Positions 28,091-38,898 of a stretch of DNA of 64,000 nt are shown here, piece by piece. The translations under genes were made by a program, and so were the position numbers. The stretch comes from Fibrobacterales bacterium (GTDB taxonomy: Bacteria; Fibrobacterota; Fibrobacteria; Fibrobacterales; JAOPTW01). Each line of letters starts with the position of its first letter. Position 1 is the first letter of the stretch. The DNA lies in contig JAOPTW010000009.1 in the NCBI GenBank assembly GCA_051532035.1, positions 1-64,000 on the forward strand, in the 5' to 3' direction. The notes below the pieces were generated by a model. The model searched no databases. It saw only the letters and a program-made list of their open reading frames with translations, and was not told the origin of the DNA.

Positions 28091-28587
28091 AAATCTCCCT
28101 GTTCAAATATACCTTATAACAAGAAGAAGTGGATTGGGAGGGAGTGCTATTTTGGGTAATTTAGTGAGAAAGTTGCTTGTCTTTCTTGGTAGGATCATTC
28201 GTAGGTTTGAGGGGTGTTTCTTAATAAATATTGATTATTTGGTTAAAAATGGCCTTTTTTACGTATAAAATGCAGGAGATTGTATTGGCCGATGTTGACT
28301 TGTGTTTTTATTTCCGCGATACTTAGTGAGTAAAGGCTCAGGTTGATCGAGGGTGCTCTGTGCTTTATTATCTGTTTACCAAATGTATGCGGAAATTTTG
28401 TATTGTTTACCAAAACAAGAAAGCAATGAGTGAATTGCGTGGTCATTGTGGCTCTTTTGGCCCGTTAGAGTGGTATTAATATAATTTATAGCGGAGAGAG
28501 AGTGGGGGTTACAATGTTGAGTGTCTGGTTTTTTAACTCATTTCATCTGTCGTTGTTGTTAATCATGATAAGGAAAAGGCTTAATAA

Positions 28588-30183
28588 ATGATTCAGGTAA
28601 TAGGTTTTTTGATAGTGGTGACTTTTCTTGTACAGGGCTGTTGGAGTGATACGCCTGCATCGAATAGTGGAGATGCCTTCTCAAGTGAAAGTGAAAGTGA
28701 AAGTGAGGTGAACTCTGAAGATGGTGAGTCATCGAGTGAGGGAAGGGTTGACGATTCTTCTGGCGATTCTTCTGATAATAGAGATGAGCGTGATGATGAG
28801 AGCTCGCAAGGGACTATTGAAAGTAGTGGATTCGCAACGAGTAGCGATGAAGAGAGTGACGAGCTAGTTATTGAGGGGGGTGATTTGTCGTATTATAAGA
28901 CAATAGAAGGGGTGGGTCGAAAGGAGCAGACTGAATATGTTTTTGATGACGATACGGTACGAACCTATGAGCTGGTGATACCTTCTAAAAACTTAGCCTA
29001 CTTAGATGATGCCCCTATGCGTGAAGAGTATGTTGCGGGGGCTTTGATTGTAGATGGTGATACCATATCACCGGTTGGTATTCGCTATAAAGGGAATGAA
29101 GGGGCATGGTATGGCTGTGTTGTTGGTGGCCCGTGGGGTGGAGGTATGGGAGATAAACAGTGCCCCCTTAATATGAAAGTTAAGATTAATTGGGAGGGGC
29201 GTGATACAACCTTTTTTGGTCTTAAAAAATATCAACTTCATGCTATGAATGCTTATGAATCGGAATTAAGAGAGCGTATTGGCTATTGGTTTTATCGCCA
29301 AATGGGAATTCCTGCCCCCCGTGTTGTACATGTGAAATTAAAGATAAATGGAGAGTATGAGGGGTTGTATGCTCATGTAGAGCAAATTGATGGGCGGTTT
29401 ACTCGATATAACTTTGAAGATGGTACAGGGAATCTCTATAAAGAGGTGTGGCCTTTAACGTATGACAGTACGGCGACGACGGGGCGTGATTATGAGCGCG
29501 CTCTTAAAACTAATGAAGATGAAGAGCCGTCAGTTGCTTTGATACAGGGATTTGGAGAGCTGCTCGAAGACGCAGAGGATGTTGATGTGGTGAGAGAAAC
29601 TATAGAAACTTATATGGATGTTGAAGAGCTCAATACGATTGCGGCATTGTCATATATTCTGGATGATGATGATGGGCTCTTTCATTGGTATGCGCATAGT
29701 GCTACAACTAAAACTGCAGCGGGGCCCCACAATTTCTTTATATACGAAGAACCTACTACCCAAAAAATACATTTGATCCCATGGGATAACGACTTAATTC
29801 TGGATAAGGTTGCTCTTAAGGATACTATGAATGCTGTTGAGATTTGGGATGATTTTGGAAAGACCTCTCACGACTGTGAAACTTTTGGTCATGGCTGGAA
29901 TCAGAAATCGGCTGCTTGTGACAAGTTGATTGCCGGATGGGCTTCATATACTGAGCAATATAAAGAAGCATTGCAGAGTCTCTACGATGGTCCTTTTCAG
30001 CAGTATGAGTCGGTGCTTGATCAATGGGTTGAACAGCTTGCCCCTGTTGTTGCAGAGATGGCTGAGGAGGGTGTTAAATCTATTTCGATTTCGGAATGGG
30101 AACGAGGTGTTGAAAAGCTAAGATCTGAACTTAAAGACTCGGAACAGTTGCTCCTTGATAAATTGTCGAGTACTGATCATTAG
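28588..30183 (+). CDS. CotH kinase family lipoprotein (acidic)
   Basis: VQG-C; VGIRYKGN, LRERIGY, GIPAPR, NGEYEGLY..VEQID, HNFFIY, IPWDND. Confidence 0.9.
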   Translation: MIQVIGFLIVVTFLVQGCWSDTPASNSGDAFSSESESESEVNSEDGESSSEGRVDDSSGDSSDNRDERDDESSQGTIESSGFATSSDEESDELVIEGGDLSYYKTIEGVGRKEQTEYVFDDDTVRTYELVIPSKNLAYLDDAPMREEYVAGALIVDGDTISPVGIRYKGNEGAWYGCVVGGPWGGGMGDKQCPLNMKVKINWEGRDTTFFGLKKYQLHAMNAYESELRERIGYWFYRQMGIPAPRVVHVKLKINGEYEGLYAHVEQIDGRFTRYNFEDGTGNLYKEVWPLTYDSTATTGRDYERALKTNEDEEPSVALIQGFGELLEDAEDVDVVRETIETYMDVEELNTIAALSYILDDDDGLFHWYAHSATTKTAAGPHNFFIYEEPTTQKIHLIPWDNDLILDKVALKDTMNAVEIWDDFGKTSHDCETFGHGWNQKSAACDKLIAGWASYTEQYKEALQSLYDGPFQQYESVLDQWVEQLAPVVAEMAEEGVKSISISEWERGVEKLRSELKDSEQLLLDKLSSTDH

Positions 30184-30306
30184 AAAAGAGTATGATACAA
30201 GGTGTTCAAGAGAGAGTGTAACTTTGTAATCAATGATGTCCTTGATATTTTTTGTAGTATGAATTTTCTATTTTCACAATGGTACTAACAATCTCAGGTA
30301 ATAGAA

Positions 30307-30852
30307 ATGGGACAACGATTTACAGAAATATCTGATGAGCATTCGGTATTTATTAAGGAACAAAAGCTTTTTTTTGTTGCAACTGCCATAGAAGATGGTC
30401 GTGTAAACCTCTCACCCAAAGGGATGGATTCATTTAAAGTTCTTGGTCCCAATAGGGTAGTTTGGCTTAATGTGACGGGGAGTGGTAATGAAACGGCTAC
30501 TCATGTACAGCATAACCCTCGCATGACCATTATGTTTACTTCATTTACTGAACAGCCACTTATTCTTCGATTATATGGAAGTGCGAAAGTAGTGCACTCC
30601 TACGATGCGGCATGGGATGAGTATATTGGGTATTTTCCAAAAACTGCAGGGAGTCGTCAAGTATTTGATGTTACAGTCGACCTCGTTCAAGCTTCGTGTG
30701 GTATGTCGATACCGTTTTATGAGTATCAGGATGAGCGAACAATGCTGACTGACTGGGCTGAAGGTAAAGGTGAAGAAGGAATGCGACGCTATTGGGAAGA
30801 AAAAAATAAACTGAGTCTTGATGGACATAAGACTCAGGTACTTAACAAGTAA
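30307..30852 (+). CDS. Pyridoxamine 5'-phosphate oxidase family FMN-binding protein
   Basis: FFVATA, VNLSPKG, TGSGNET, PLILRLYG, SCGMSIP. Confidence 0.9.
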   Translation: MGQRFTEISDEHSVFIKEQKLFFVATAIEDGRVNLSPKGMDSFKVLGPNRVVWLNVTGSGNETATHVQHNPRMTIMFTSFTEQPLILRLYGSAKVVHSYDAAWDEYIGYFPKTAGSRQVFDVTVDLVQASCGMSIPFYEYQDERTMLTDWAEGKGEEGMRRYWEEKNKLSLDGHKTQVLNK

Positions 30853-30853
30853 G

Positions 30854-30880
30854 TTACAGATGGGCGATGCCCACCTGTAA
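30854..30880. terminator. Hairpin between convergent genes
   Basis: TTACAGaTGGGC-gat-GCCCAcCTGTAA. Confidence 0.6.
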
Positions 30881-30891
30881 GGCTAGGGGTA

Positions 30892-33279
30892 TTATCGATT
30901 GCTGCTGTTTATTGGATTGGTATAATCCCTTGAATCAATAACAACTGATTGATGACCTATTGGGGCGGCTGGGTTATAGATTTCAATGAGTCCGTTTTTA
31001 CCGCTAACATACTGTGTTCCCGTAAAAGTATAATGAGTGTCAACTTCCCAGACATCAATGAGTTGGCCACTGTTTTGATTGGAACAGCTGTTGTGGTTAA
31101 AGAGTGTTGGGTCAATCTCTTGGCCATTATAATTTCGTATCCGGCTCATAACAAGGCAGTCGTTAATGGTAGAGTCTGGTGTGATTGTGATGTGTTCATA
31201 GCTTGGCGCTATAGAATAGGTGAACTCAGTTGAGTTAGTTTGCACAATCGTCCGGTAATTACTGATAAGAGTACACCATCCAAGCATCCATGGGCTGAAA
31301 TAGTGGTTTCCTGGAATGACTTCCCACCAAACTTGTTGCTGGTCGCCTGCGATACGTGAACCCATAATAACATAGTACCCATTAAGAGGATGATTCTCTG
31401 TGTATCTGAAATCATATATTTGTAGGGATGTGGTGTTGAAAGTATAGGAGTGGCTGAGATTACTGTTCCATGACTCAGGAAATGTGCGCACTGTTTCTGG
31501 TTCTGATGTTGATGGGATGCTCACCATAGAAAAGTTTTTATAGGTTACTCCATTGGCATTTTTCCAGAATTCGTTACCAGATCTGTTCAGGGTAAGGGTG
31601 TTATCACTGAGTGCAGTGAGGTCTGAGTCCCAATAGCCATTATCTCCTTTAAGGATGAGTGTTTGTGGCTTCGCAAGAGCATCATATTGTTTGAACCCAT
31701 CACTGAGGAGTGCTGCGTCGAGGGTGGTCCCCATGAGGTCTACTATGTATTGATTATATTGTTGATAGGAACCACCTGATACATTTGAGTAATCATTGGT
31801 GATAAATTGAAGTTCGGTAACGGGTCGACTCTCTCCATCCATAAAGGCACTGTTGTCCTCATTAAAATAACGTTGGGCGATATCTGCAGGCTCAGGAGGT
31901 TGTGCCATTATATTAAAGGTGAAGCTTACATCGTAATGCCTGTTAGTAAATTGTGACTGCATTTTACTCCATACCCCCCTGTTTTTACTTTGCATAAATC
32001 CAAGAGTTGCCTTGGGAATGCGGTAGTCAGAAAGTGATGCCCATAGTGCAAATCCTGCAGGCTGGCTCGCGCTACTGAAATGATAAGGGAGGTTGCTCTC
32101 TGGTTCGGGGAGGTCTGGAAAATTGATACTCCCATTGGTGTCATCGAATTGGTATACGCCGGTAAGGGCGCCCCAGATATGGGGCATATAGTCATTTTGA
32201 TAGTAGCCAAGGCGTTCTTTGTATCCAAAGTTACGACGCATAGGAGTGATGCGTTTATTTTCAAGGGATTGAAATGCGTATTTCACAGAGAGATAGTCGA
32301 GGGCATTGAGTGCAGCTGTCTGGATGGTGGTATTCATCGCATTAGTTTGTGTCTCATCGCTATATGAATAGAGGTTAAGTATTGCATTCGTGGTAAATGC
32401 TTCATAGGCTTTTGCGTTGGTTTCAAAAAGGCCATTATGTACAACGCGTCCTAGCATCTGTAAAATGAGGTCTGAAAGATCCTCTGAGTTTTCGTAGTGC
32501 TCAGTATCTTGATTGTAGAGTGTGAGGATGGTCTCGTTGTACGAAGGGTGTGAAATGTCGAGTGAGGCAACCCAGTGAATATAGTTATTGATAAGGTAGT
32601 GCCAGCTATAGATGAGAAACATATGATTCTCAGTTTCTGGCTGTTTGACATCGTAATAGATGGGGAGTGGACCTTGTTGAGTTGGGTAGTAAAAAATGTC
32701 TTTTAAGTAGACCTGGGCATACGATAAATCATTGCCTGTGTAGGGGATATGGAGTGGGTCAGTGGTTCCCTGCAAGAGGAGTGCGCTCACCATCGCTGGT
32801 GTGAGGATATCAGGGCGATCCTTAAAGGTGTAAATGAGTGAAAGAATTTCTTTTAGAATAAAGTCATAATCCCCGCCGGTTGTTCCGTCGTGGGCAACTT
32901 TTTGGCCGGCTGCGGAGGTGGAAGTTCCAATTGTGTTAAAGATAGTGGCGGTGTTGAGGTACTCAAGTACCCGTTGTTGGTAGGTTGCTTGATGAAGACT
33001 TATATCGCTGTCGGGAGGAAGGCCACTAAGGGCGGCATAGTCTCTGGTTGAAAAGTCCTGTGGGTTTGAAAAGAGGTAAAGGCCGGAGGTAATTTGCCTG
33101 AGTGAATGTTTGGCATTATCAGTCCAGGCATCAAATTCGGGATTGTGTGCATAGTTATAGACCCAGGTAGAAACAAGATTGTTTCGTTGCTGCTGGATGA
33201 CCTCTTCGGAAGATGGCTGAGGAAGGGCAAATGTGAGTGTAGCAATAAAGGTTGTTAAGATGGTTAACCGTTTTTTCAT
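30892..33279 (-). CDS. Secreted hypothetical protein (about 795 aa)
   Basis: Signal peptide MKKRLTILTTFIATLTFA after GGAG; no family confidently assigned. Confidence 0.75.
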   Translation of the reverse strand: MKKRLTILTTFIATLTFALPQPSSEEVIQQQRNNLVSTWVYNYAHNPEFDAWTDNAKHSLRQITSGLYLFSNPQDFSTRDYAALSGLPPDSDISLHQATYQQRVLEYLNTATIFNTIGTSTSAAGQKVAHDGTTGGDYDFILKEILSLIYTFKDRPDILTPAMVSALLLQGTTDPLHIPYTGNDLSYAQVYLKDIFYYPTQQGPLPIYYDVKQPETENHMFLIYSWHYLINNYIHWVASLDISHPSYNETILTLYNQDTEHYENSEDLSDLILQMLGRVVHNGLFETNAKAYEAFTTNAILNLYSYSDETQTNAMNTTIQTAALNALDYLSVKYAFQSLENKRITPMRRNFGYKERLGYYQNDYMPHIWGALTGVYQFDDTNGSINFPDLPEPESNLPYHFSSASQPAGFALWASLSDYRIPKATLGFMQSKNRGVWSKMQSQFTNRHYDVSFTFNIMAQPPEPADIAQRYFNEDNSAFMDGESRPVTELQFITNDYSNVSGGSYQQYNQYIVDLMGTTLDAALLSDGFKQYDALAKPQTLILKGDNGYWDSDLTALSDNTLTLNRSGNEFWKNANGVTYKNFSMVSIPSTSEPETVRTFPESWNSNLSHSYTFNTTSLQIYDFRYTENHPLNGYYVIMGSRIAGDQQQVWWEVIPGNHYFSPWMLGWCTLISNYRTIVQTNSTEFTYSIAPSYEHITITPDSTINDCLVMSRIRNYNGQEIDPTLFNHNSCSNQNSGQLIDVWEVDTHYTFTGTQYVSGKNGLIEIYNPAAPIGHQSVVIDSRDYTNPINSSNR

Positions 33280-33573
33280 GGGAAACTCCATGTTAAATGA
33301 ATACAACGTATTAGACGAACGATATGCCATGGAGGTAACCTTTTTCTCTAGAAACTAAAAAAAAGCAAGATTATAGCTCTGTGTGCACATATTGGGCCGT
33401 TATAACGTTTAATTCTTGTGAATGACAGTAATCATTTGACTAAAAAAAGGTTAAATGTAGTGTAATGGAACGTTAACCGAAACCTTGGGCCTCATTTGGT
33501 CAAGGATATGGGTTTACAACTTTGAAATAGCTATATTGTCTCTTTTTGAGACTCTTAAAGGATTAGGTATTCT

Positions 33574-36500
33574 ATGATGCTTCTTGGTATTGATGTTGGG
33601 TCAACGACAGTTAAAATTTCGCTTGTTGAGGGGGTTGTTGAACGTTTCTCTTACTATATGCGTCATAACGCTAAACAACGAGAGGCGGTCTGTGCCTTAC
33701 TTGAAATGGTGCAGGAGAAATTCCCAGGCATTAGCCCGGCCATTGCGTTTTGTGGGAGTGGAGGGCATGGTTTTGCCGATGAACTCAAGGTGCCGTACAC
33801 CCAAGAAGTGGTTGCAAATGCAGTAGCTATTAAAGCTCAGTATCCTCAGATACGCACCGCAATTGAACTTGGTGGGCAAGATGCTAAGGTGGTGTTGTTT
33901 GCCTTGGACCCTCAGAGTGGTCAGTTGGTAACTCAAGATATGCGTATGAATGGTTCATGTGCCGGTGGTACCGGTGCATTTATTGATCAAATTGCCGAAC
34001 TATTAAGTGTTCCTGTTGAAGAGATGAACGGATTGGCGGAACAAGGGGGGAGAGTATATGAAGTCTCTGGTCGTTGTGGGGTGTTTGCAAAAACAGATAT
34101 TCAACCACTGCTTAATCAGGGAGTTCCAAAAGCTGATATTGCCCTTTCTGCATTTCATGCTATTGCGAAACAGACTATTGGGGGTTTGGCTCAGGGGATA
34201 GAACTCGCGCCACCTATTATATTTGAAGGTGGCCCTCTTACTTTTAATGCAGAGCTTAGAAAAGCGTTTTGTGAAAGACTAAATGTGGCGAGTGATGATG
34301 CGCTCCTCCCTGAGAATGCCCACTGTATAATTGCCTATGGCGCGGCGCTTTCATTGGAGCATGCGGTGTCATGTGAAGTACATGCATTACCCGCTTTAGT
34401 TGAAATACTTCGGTCTGGGTGCAATAAAAAAAGTACGCATGAAGAAGGGATGGCGCCATTGTTTGAAAGTAGCCGTGAGCATGATGAGTTTACAGCATTT
34501 CATACCGATGATTCTTCTGATTTTGATGAGCGTGAATGGAAGGGAAGAGAATTGCCGGTCTATATAGGATTAGATGCAGGGTCGACCACCTCTAAAGTAG
34601 TGGTGCTTGCAGATGACGGATCGGTCGTAGATTCATTTTATTCAAGTAACAATGGGGAGCCCCTTGAGGTTATTTCTCATGGGCTTAAAAGTCTGAGAGA
34701 TCGTTTTCGTGAAAAAGATATTGCGTTAAAAGTGCTGGGTCTTGGTACTACAGGTTATGGAGAAGAGCTTTTTGCTAAAGCATTCAATGCTGATTTTCAT
34801 ACCGTAGAGACGGTAGCTCATGCAGAAGCTGCTAAAAGTATTTGCCCTGAAGTCTCTTTTATTTTGGATATCGGTGGCCAAGATATGAAAGCGATGTTTC
34901 TGAGGAATGGGGTTATTACCAATATTATTCTTAATGAAGCGTGCTCGGCTGGATGTGGCTCTTTTCTTGAGACCTATGCGAAGTCTATGGGTATTGCGGT
35001 ACACGATGTGGCAGGTATGGCTTTTGAATCAGAGAGCCCGTCAAAGCTTGGTTCACGCTGTACCGTTTTTATGAATAGTTCTGTCATTACAGAACAAAAA
35101 AATGGGAAAAGTCGGCAAGATATAATGGCTGGGCTCTGTCGCTCAGTGATCGAAAATGTATTTACCAAAGTGGTGCGTGTCTCAAATTTAAAAGAGATGG
35201 GGGCTCACATAGTTGTACAAGGGGGGACGTTTAAAAATGATGCAGTGCTCAGAGCATTCGAGGAGCATCTAGGACTTACGGTTATTCGCCCTAAGCATCC
35301 GGGGCTCATGGGCGCTATAGGGGTTGCTCTTTTAGCTAAAAAGGAGATGGAAGAGAGTGGTGAGTTGTCAAAGGCCATGCACTTGGATGACCTTGATCAG
35401 TTTAGCTATTCAAAAAAAGCCGGACAAGTGTGTCGACTCTGTTCTAATTTATGTAATAGATCAGTGGTCTCCTTTTCTGATAGTGCACATTTCGTGACGG
35501 GTAATAAGTGCGAAAAAGGAAAAATTATTGGCGATGCTGAGTCGAGTGAGATTCGTGCACAAGTAGCTGAGCTTAATAGTACTATAAAGGCAATTCCAGA
35601 TTTAGTACGCTTTCATGGACGCTGTATTACTGCAGATTATGGTGTAGAGAAAGTATCTGGTGATAAAAAAGTGACCATTGGAATACCGCGCGTTCTCGAT
35701 TTTTGGCAAACACTTCCGTTTTGGAAGGCGCTTTTTACCTCCCTTGGATATACCGTTGTTGTGTCGGATAAAAGTTCTCATGCACTTTTTGAGTCTGGGC
35801 TTTCTACGATTCCATCTGATACTATTTGTTATCCGGCTAAACTCGTACATGGACATATTCAAAATTTGGTTGAGAAAAAAGTAGACCGAGTATTTTTACC
35901 CATGATGATTAGTAGAAGAAACTTTGAAGAAACAGAGGCTGGATCTGCGGTGTGTCCAGTAGTGCAGGGGTATGCGCTTGTTATTGATTCATGTTCTGAA
36001 ATTACCGAGAAACACGATATCCAATTTGACTATCCTGTATTGGATCTTAAGAACCCTGAGATAATGCAAAAACAGATCGTGAAGTTTCTGGACGGTTTTT
36101 ATACGACTCCCAAAAAAGAGGCCGTTGCTGCCTTTAAAATTGCAGAGCAGTGTCAATTTGAGGCACTTAGACGTTTGCAAGAAAAAGGACGCTCGGTTGT
36201 CGCAAAGCTCAAAGATGATGAATTTGCAATAGTTCTTGCAGGGAGGCCTTATCAATACGACCCTATGGTGAATCATTTTTTGAGTCAGCATTTTATTGCG
36301 CAAGGTATCCCGGTCGTAACATTGGATGCAATTGATCACACCAAATACTCTATTGAAAATAGTAGAGTAGAGCTCACCAATGCAACGCACTCAAAGCTCT
36401 TGTCGGCAGCTTTAGCTGTTGCAAATAATCCAAAGCTCGAGCTCTGTCAGATAGTAAGCTTTGGCTGTGGCCATGATGCGATCTTGAGTGATGAGATGAA

Positions 36501-37929
36501 TCGGATCATGAGTGAACACTCAGATAAGTCTGTGTTGCAGCTTAAGCTTGATGAGGGTGATGTCAAAGGCCCAGTGTCAATTCGGGTGCGTTCGTTTATC
36601 GAGACCGTGCGGAAAAAACGGGGAACTACAATAAGCCAGCCAAGGCGTGCTGTTCTTTCTGATCCGTATCCAGTAAAATTTACGAAAGAGGATGCGAAAA
36701 AAAGAAAGGTGTTGGTTCCCAATTTGTCGCCTTCGTTTTCCCGAGTGGTTGCCTCAATATTTAAAAATCAAGGTATTGAGATGGAGGCCCTTCCTGTAGC
36801 GACTCCAGAGGCAATTGCGTTGGGTAAAAAATATGTGAATAATGATGTTTGTTATCCTGCTCAAATTAATATTGGGGAGATGCTTGAATATCTCGAAACA
36901 AATGAGTGCGACAGTAGTGAAATAGCCTTAGGCTTGGCTAAGAATTGTGATAACTGTCGGGCGGGTCAATATGCGGCTCTCGCGCGTCAAGCACTTGATG
37001 ATGCGGGGTATAGTGATATCCCTATCATGACGACGGGTGATGACAAAAAGAATATGCATCCAGGATTTAAAAGCACTATGGCGATTCAGATTCGTATGGT
37101 CTGGGGGATAGCACTTGTTGATTGTCTTGAGATAATGGTGCGCCGTATGAGGCCATATGAAATACATAAGGGAGAAGTTGATCGTGTATATACAGAACAG
37201 CTTGCGTTAGTTTGTGCGGGTTTTGAGGTCTCAATAGGTGAGGCTCTAAAACGATTTAAAGTGTGCGTGGATGCCTTTAATGATATTGAAGTAGACGACA
37301 CAAAGCGAAAACCTCAAGTAGGGCTTCTCGGGGAGATCTTTGTAAAATATCATCCAGCGGCAAATGCATTTATCGAGCGGTATCTAGAGTCTCACGGTAT
37401 GGAGGTTATTCAGCCGCCTATGCTTGACTTTTTTCGTCGAGATGATATTATTCGAAAGCATAAACGACAGAATGGTATGATGCAGCGGCCGTTTATGGCG
37501 CTTCTTGTGGGGACGGTGTCTGAAGTGGTTTATGCAAAGGCAACTAAAAAGATAAATAAAATATTTAAGTCATTTAAATTGTATGAGCATCATGCGGATG
37601 TATATGAGCTTCATGCTCACGTTGATGGCTTTATTGATACGGCTTTTAAAGTGGGTGAAGGGTGGCTTATTGCTGGTGAACTTTTTGACCTTGCAAAGCG
37701 CGGTGTTAATAGCTTTGTTATTGTGCAACCTTTTGGCTGTATGCCAAACCATGTGAGTGGGAGAGGGATGACAAAGGTGTTTAAGAAGGAGTTCCCACAT
37801 ATTCAGGTGTTGAGTCTTGATTATGATCCTGATACAAGCATGGCAAATGTTGAAAATCGTTTGCAGATGCTGGTCATGCGTGCTCGTGAGCAGCAAGTTG
37901 AAAATCGGCCAGAGCAAGTGAGGGTGTAG
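33574..37929 (+). CDS. Fused 2-hydroxyacyl-CoA dehydratase activase (two BadF/BadG/BcrA/BcrD ATPase domains + DUF2229 + dehydratase-like domain)
   Basis: GIDVGSTT, ELGGQDAK, MNGSCAGGTG, CGVFAKTD; second GLDAGSTT, DIGGQDMK, NEACSAGCG; CYPAK, SFGCGHD, QPFGCMPNH. Confidence 0.93.
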   Translation: MMLLGIDVGSTTVKISLVEGVVERFSYYMRHNAKQREAVCALLEMVQEKFPGISPAIAFCGSGGHGFADELKVPYTQEVVANAVAIKAQYPQIRTAIELGGQDAKVVLFALDPQSGQLVTQDMRMNGSCAGGTGAFIDQIAELLSVPVEEMNGLAEQGGRVYEVSGRCGVFAKTDIQPLLNQGVPKADIALSAFHAIAKQTIGGLAQGIELAPPIIFEGGPLTFNAELRKAFCERLNVASDDALLPENAHCIIAYGAALSLEHAVSCEVHALPALVEILRSGCNKKSTHEEGMAPLFESSREHDEFTAFHTDDSSDFDEREWKGRELPVYIGLDAGSTTSKVVVLADDGSVVDSFYSSNNGEPLEVISHGLKSLRDRFREKDIALKVLGLGTTGYGEELFAKAFNADFHTVETVAHAEAAKSICPEVSFILDIGGQDMKAMFLRNGVITNIILNEACSAGCGSFLETYAKSMGIAVHDVAGMAFESESPSKLGSRCTVFMNSSVITEQKNGKSRQDIMAGLCRSVIENVFTKVVRVSNLKEMGAHIVVQGGTFKNDAVLRAFEEHLGLTVIRPKHPGLMGAIGVALLAKKEMEESGELSKAMHLDDLDQFSYSKKAGQVCRLCSNLCNRSVVSFSDSAHFVTGNKCEKGKIIGDAESSEIRAQVAELNSTIKAIPDLVRFHGRCITADYGVEKVSGDKKVTIGIPRVLDFWQTLPFWKALFTSLGYTVVVSDKSSHALFESGLSTIPSDTICYPAKLVHGHIQNLVEKKVDRVFLPMMISRRNFEETEAGSAVCPVVQGYALVIDSCSEITEKHDIQFDYPVLDLKNPEIMQKQIVKFLDGFYTTPKKEAVAAFKIAEQCQFEALRRLQEKGRSVVAKLKDDEFAIVLAGRPYQYDPMVNHFLSQHFIAQGIPVVTLDAIDHTKYSIENSRVELTNATHSKLLSAALAVANNPKLELCQIVSFGCGHDAILSDEMNRIMSEHSDKSVLQLKLDEGDVKGPVSIRVRSFIETVRKKRGTTISQPRRAVLSDPYPVKFTKEDAKKRKVLVPNLSPSFSRVVASIFKNQGIEMEALPVATPEAIALGKKYVNNDVCYPAQINIGEMLEYLETNECDSSEIALGLAKNCDNCRAGQYAALARQALDDAGYSDIPIMTTGDDKKNMHPGFKSTMAIQIRMVWGIALVDCLEIMVRRMRPYEIHKGEVDRVYTEQLALVCAGFEVSIGEALKRFKVCVDAFNDIEVDDTKRKPQVGLLGEIFVKYHPAANAFIERYLESHGMEVIQPPMLDFFRRDDIIRKHKRQNGMMQRPFMALLVGTVSEVVYAKATKKINKIFKSFKLYEHHADVYELHAHVDGFIDTAFKVGEGWLIAGELFDLAKRGVNSFVIVQPFGCMPNHVSGRGMTKVFKKEFPHIQVLSLDYDPDTSMANVENRLQMLVMRAREQQVENRPEQVRV

Positions 37930-37965
37930 TCTACATGGTTGCTTAAATAAATGCGATATACATAA

Positions 37966-37996
37966 AACGAGCAGTAGGGGTCACCCACTGCTCGTT
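37966..37996. terminator. Terminator hairpin between convergent genes
   Basis: AACGAGCAGT-AGGGGTCACCC-ACTGCTCGTT. Confidence 0.75.
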
Positions 37997-38039
37997 CTAT
38001 TCTTAAAGGAAATATTTATTTAAAACAATTCCTTGGGGG

Positions 38040-38738
38040 CTATTTCTCTACAAGTAAGGGGAGGATTTGTAGGAGCTCTTCTTTCATAGATTCCCATTCC
38101 ATATCACTGTCGTTAAAGCTATCTATTGCAATTTCACAGAGATCGGTTGCAGAAAAGCTTTCAGTAGGGGTGTTTGACGCTTCAATAATGCTTAGGCATT
38201 CTTCATTAGTAGGATTGAAGTCCTCAATGAGTAGTGCAAGTGAGTCGGTATCAATGGTAAGAGTTGTTTTTTCAAGGTAATCATTGAGTTCCTCTTTCCA
38301 TGATTCAATTGAATCATGATCTTTAGGGTACTCTCTTTCTCTGTCTGATTCATCTTTGTCGTCAGTAGATTCATCGGATTCATGTGAGTATTCATCTGAT
38401 GAGTCTTCGTCTTCGTCATCTTCATAATTATCGCCTGAACTATCTGTTGCTTCATCTGAAGAATCCTCTCTATCCATAGAGTATTTTTCAAATCGTTCAT
38501 CAGAAGATGATTCATCGAATGAATATCTCTCAAAATCTTCATCTGATGATAGTTTATTGTCGTCAGATGAAAGAAGATCGCCAGAAGAGATGCGATCAGT
38601 TTCTAGGTCGTCACTTGACTGTTTCTGTTTGTTTTGCTTTTCTGCTTCATCTGTTGTTGTTTCTTCATCAACGACACATCCGGTGATTAGGGCGAATAGT
38701 ATCATGAGTGCTGTGGTGATAAGAGTGAATTTTGTCAT
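38040..38738 (-). CDS. Highly acidic, low-complexity lipoprotein
   Basis: LITG-C lipobox; D/E/S-rich middle with repeated SSDE. Confidence 0.75.
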   Translation of the reverse strand: MTKFTLITTALMILFALITGCVVDEETTTDEAEKQNKQKQSSDDLETDRISSGDLLSSDDNKLSSDEDFERYSFDESSSDERFEKYSMDREDSSDEATDSSGDNYEDDEDEDSSDEYSHESDESTDDKDESDREREYPKDHDSIESWKEELNDYLEKTTLTIDTDSLALLIEDFNPTNEECLSIIEASNTPTESFSATDLCEIAIDSFNDSDMEWESMKEELLQILPLLVEK

Positions 38739-38898
38739 GGGTACTCCATTTAGCTGATTTATGATTATAAATATAATGAATAAAATAATGGTAAAATTAA
38801 AAAAGGGTGTTTATTTGCTTATTAAAGGCTATTTAGTGCTTATAAAATTTATATAAATAGTTCTTGCTAGAGTGACAGGATCAATCTATATTGGTGGT

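Noticed and set aside
28684..28707. (AGTGAA)n microsatellite
   Set aside because: In-frame hexamer encoding the SESESE linker; no frameshift potential.
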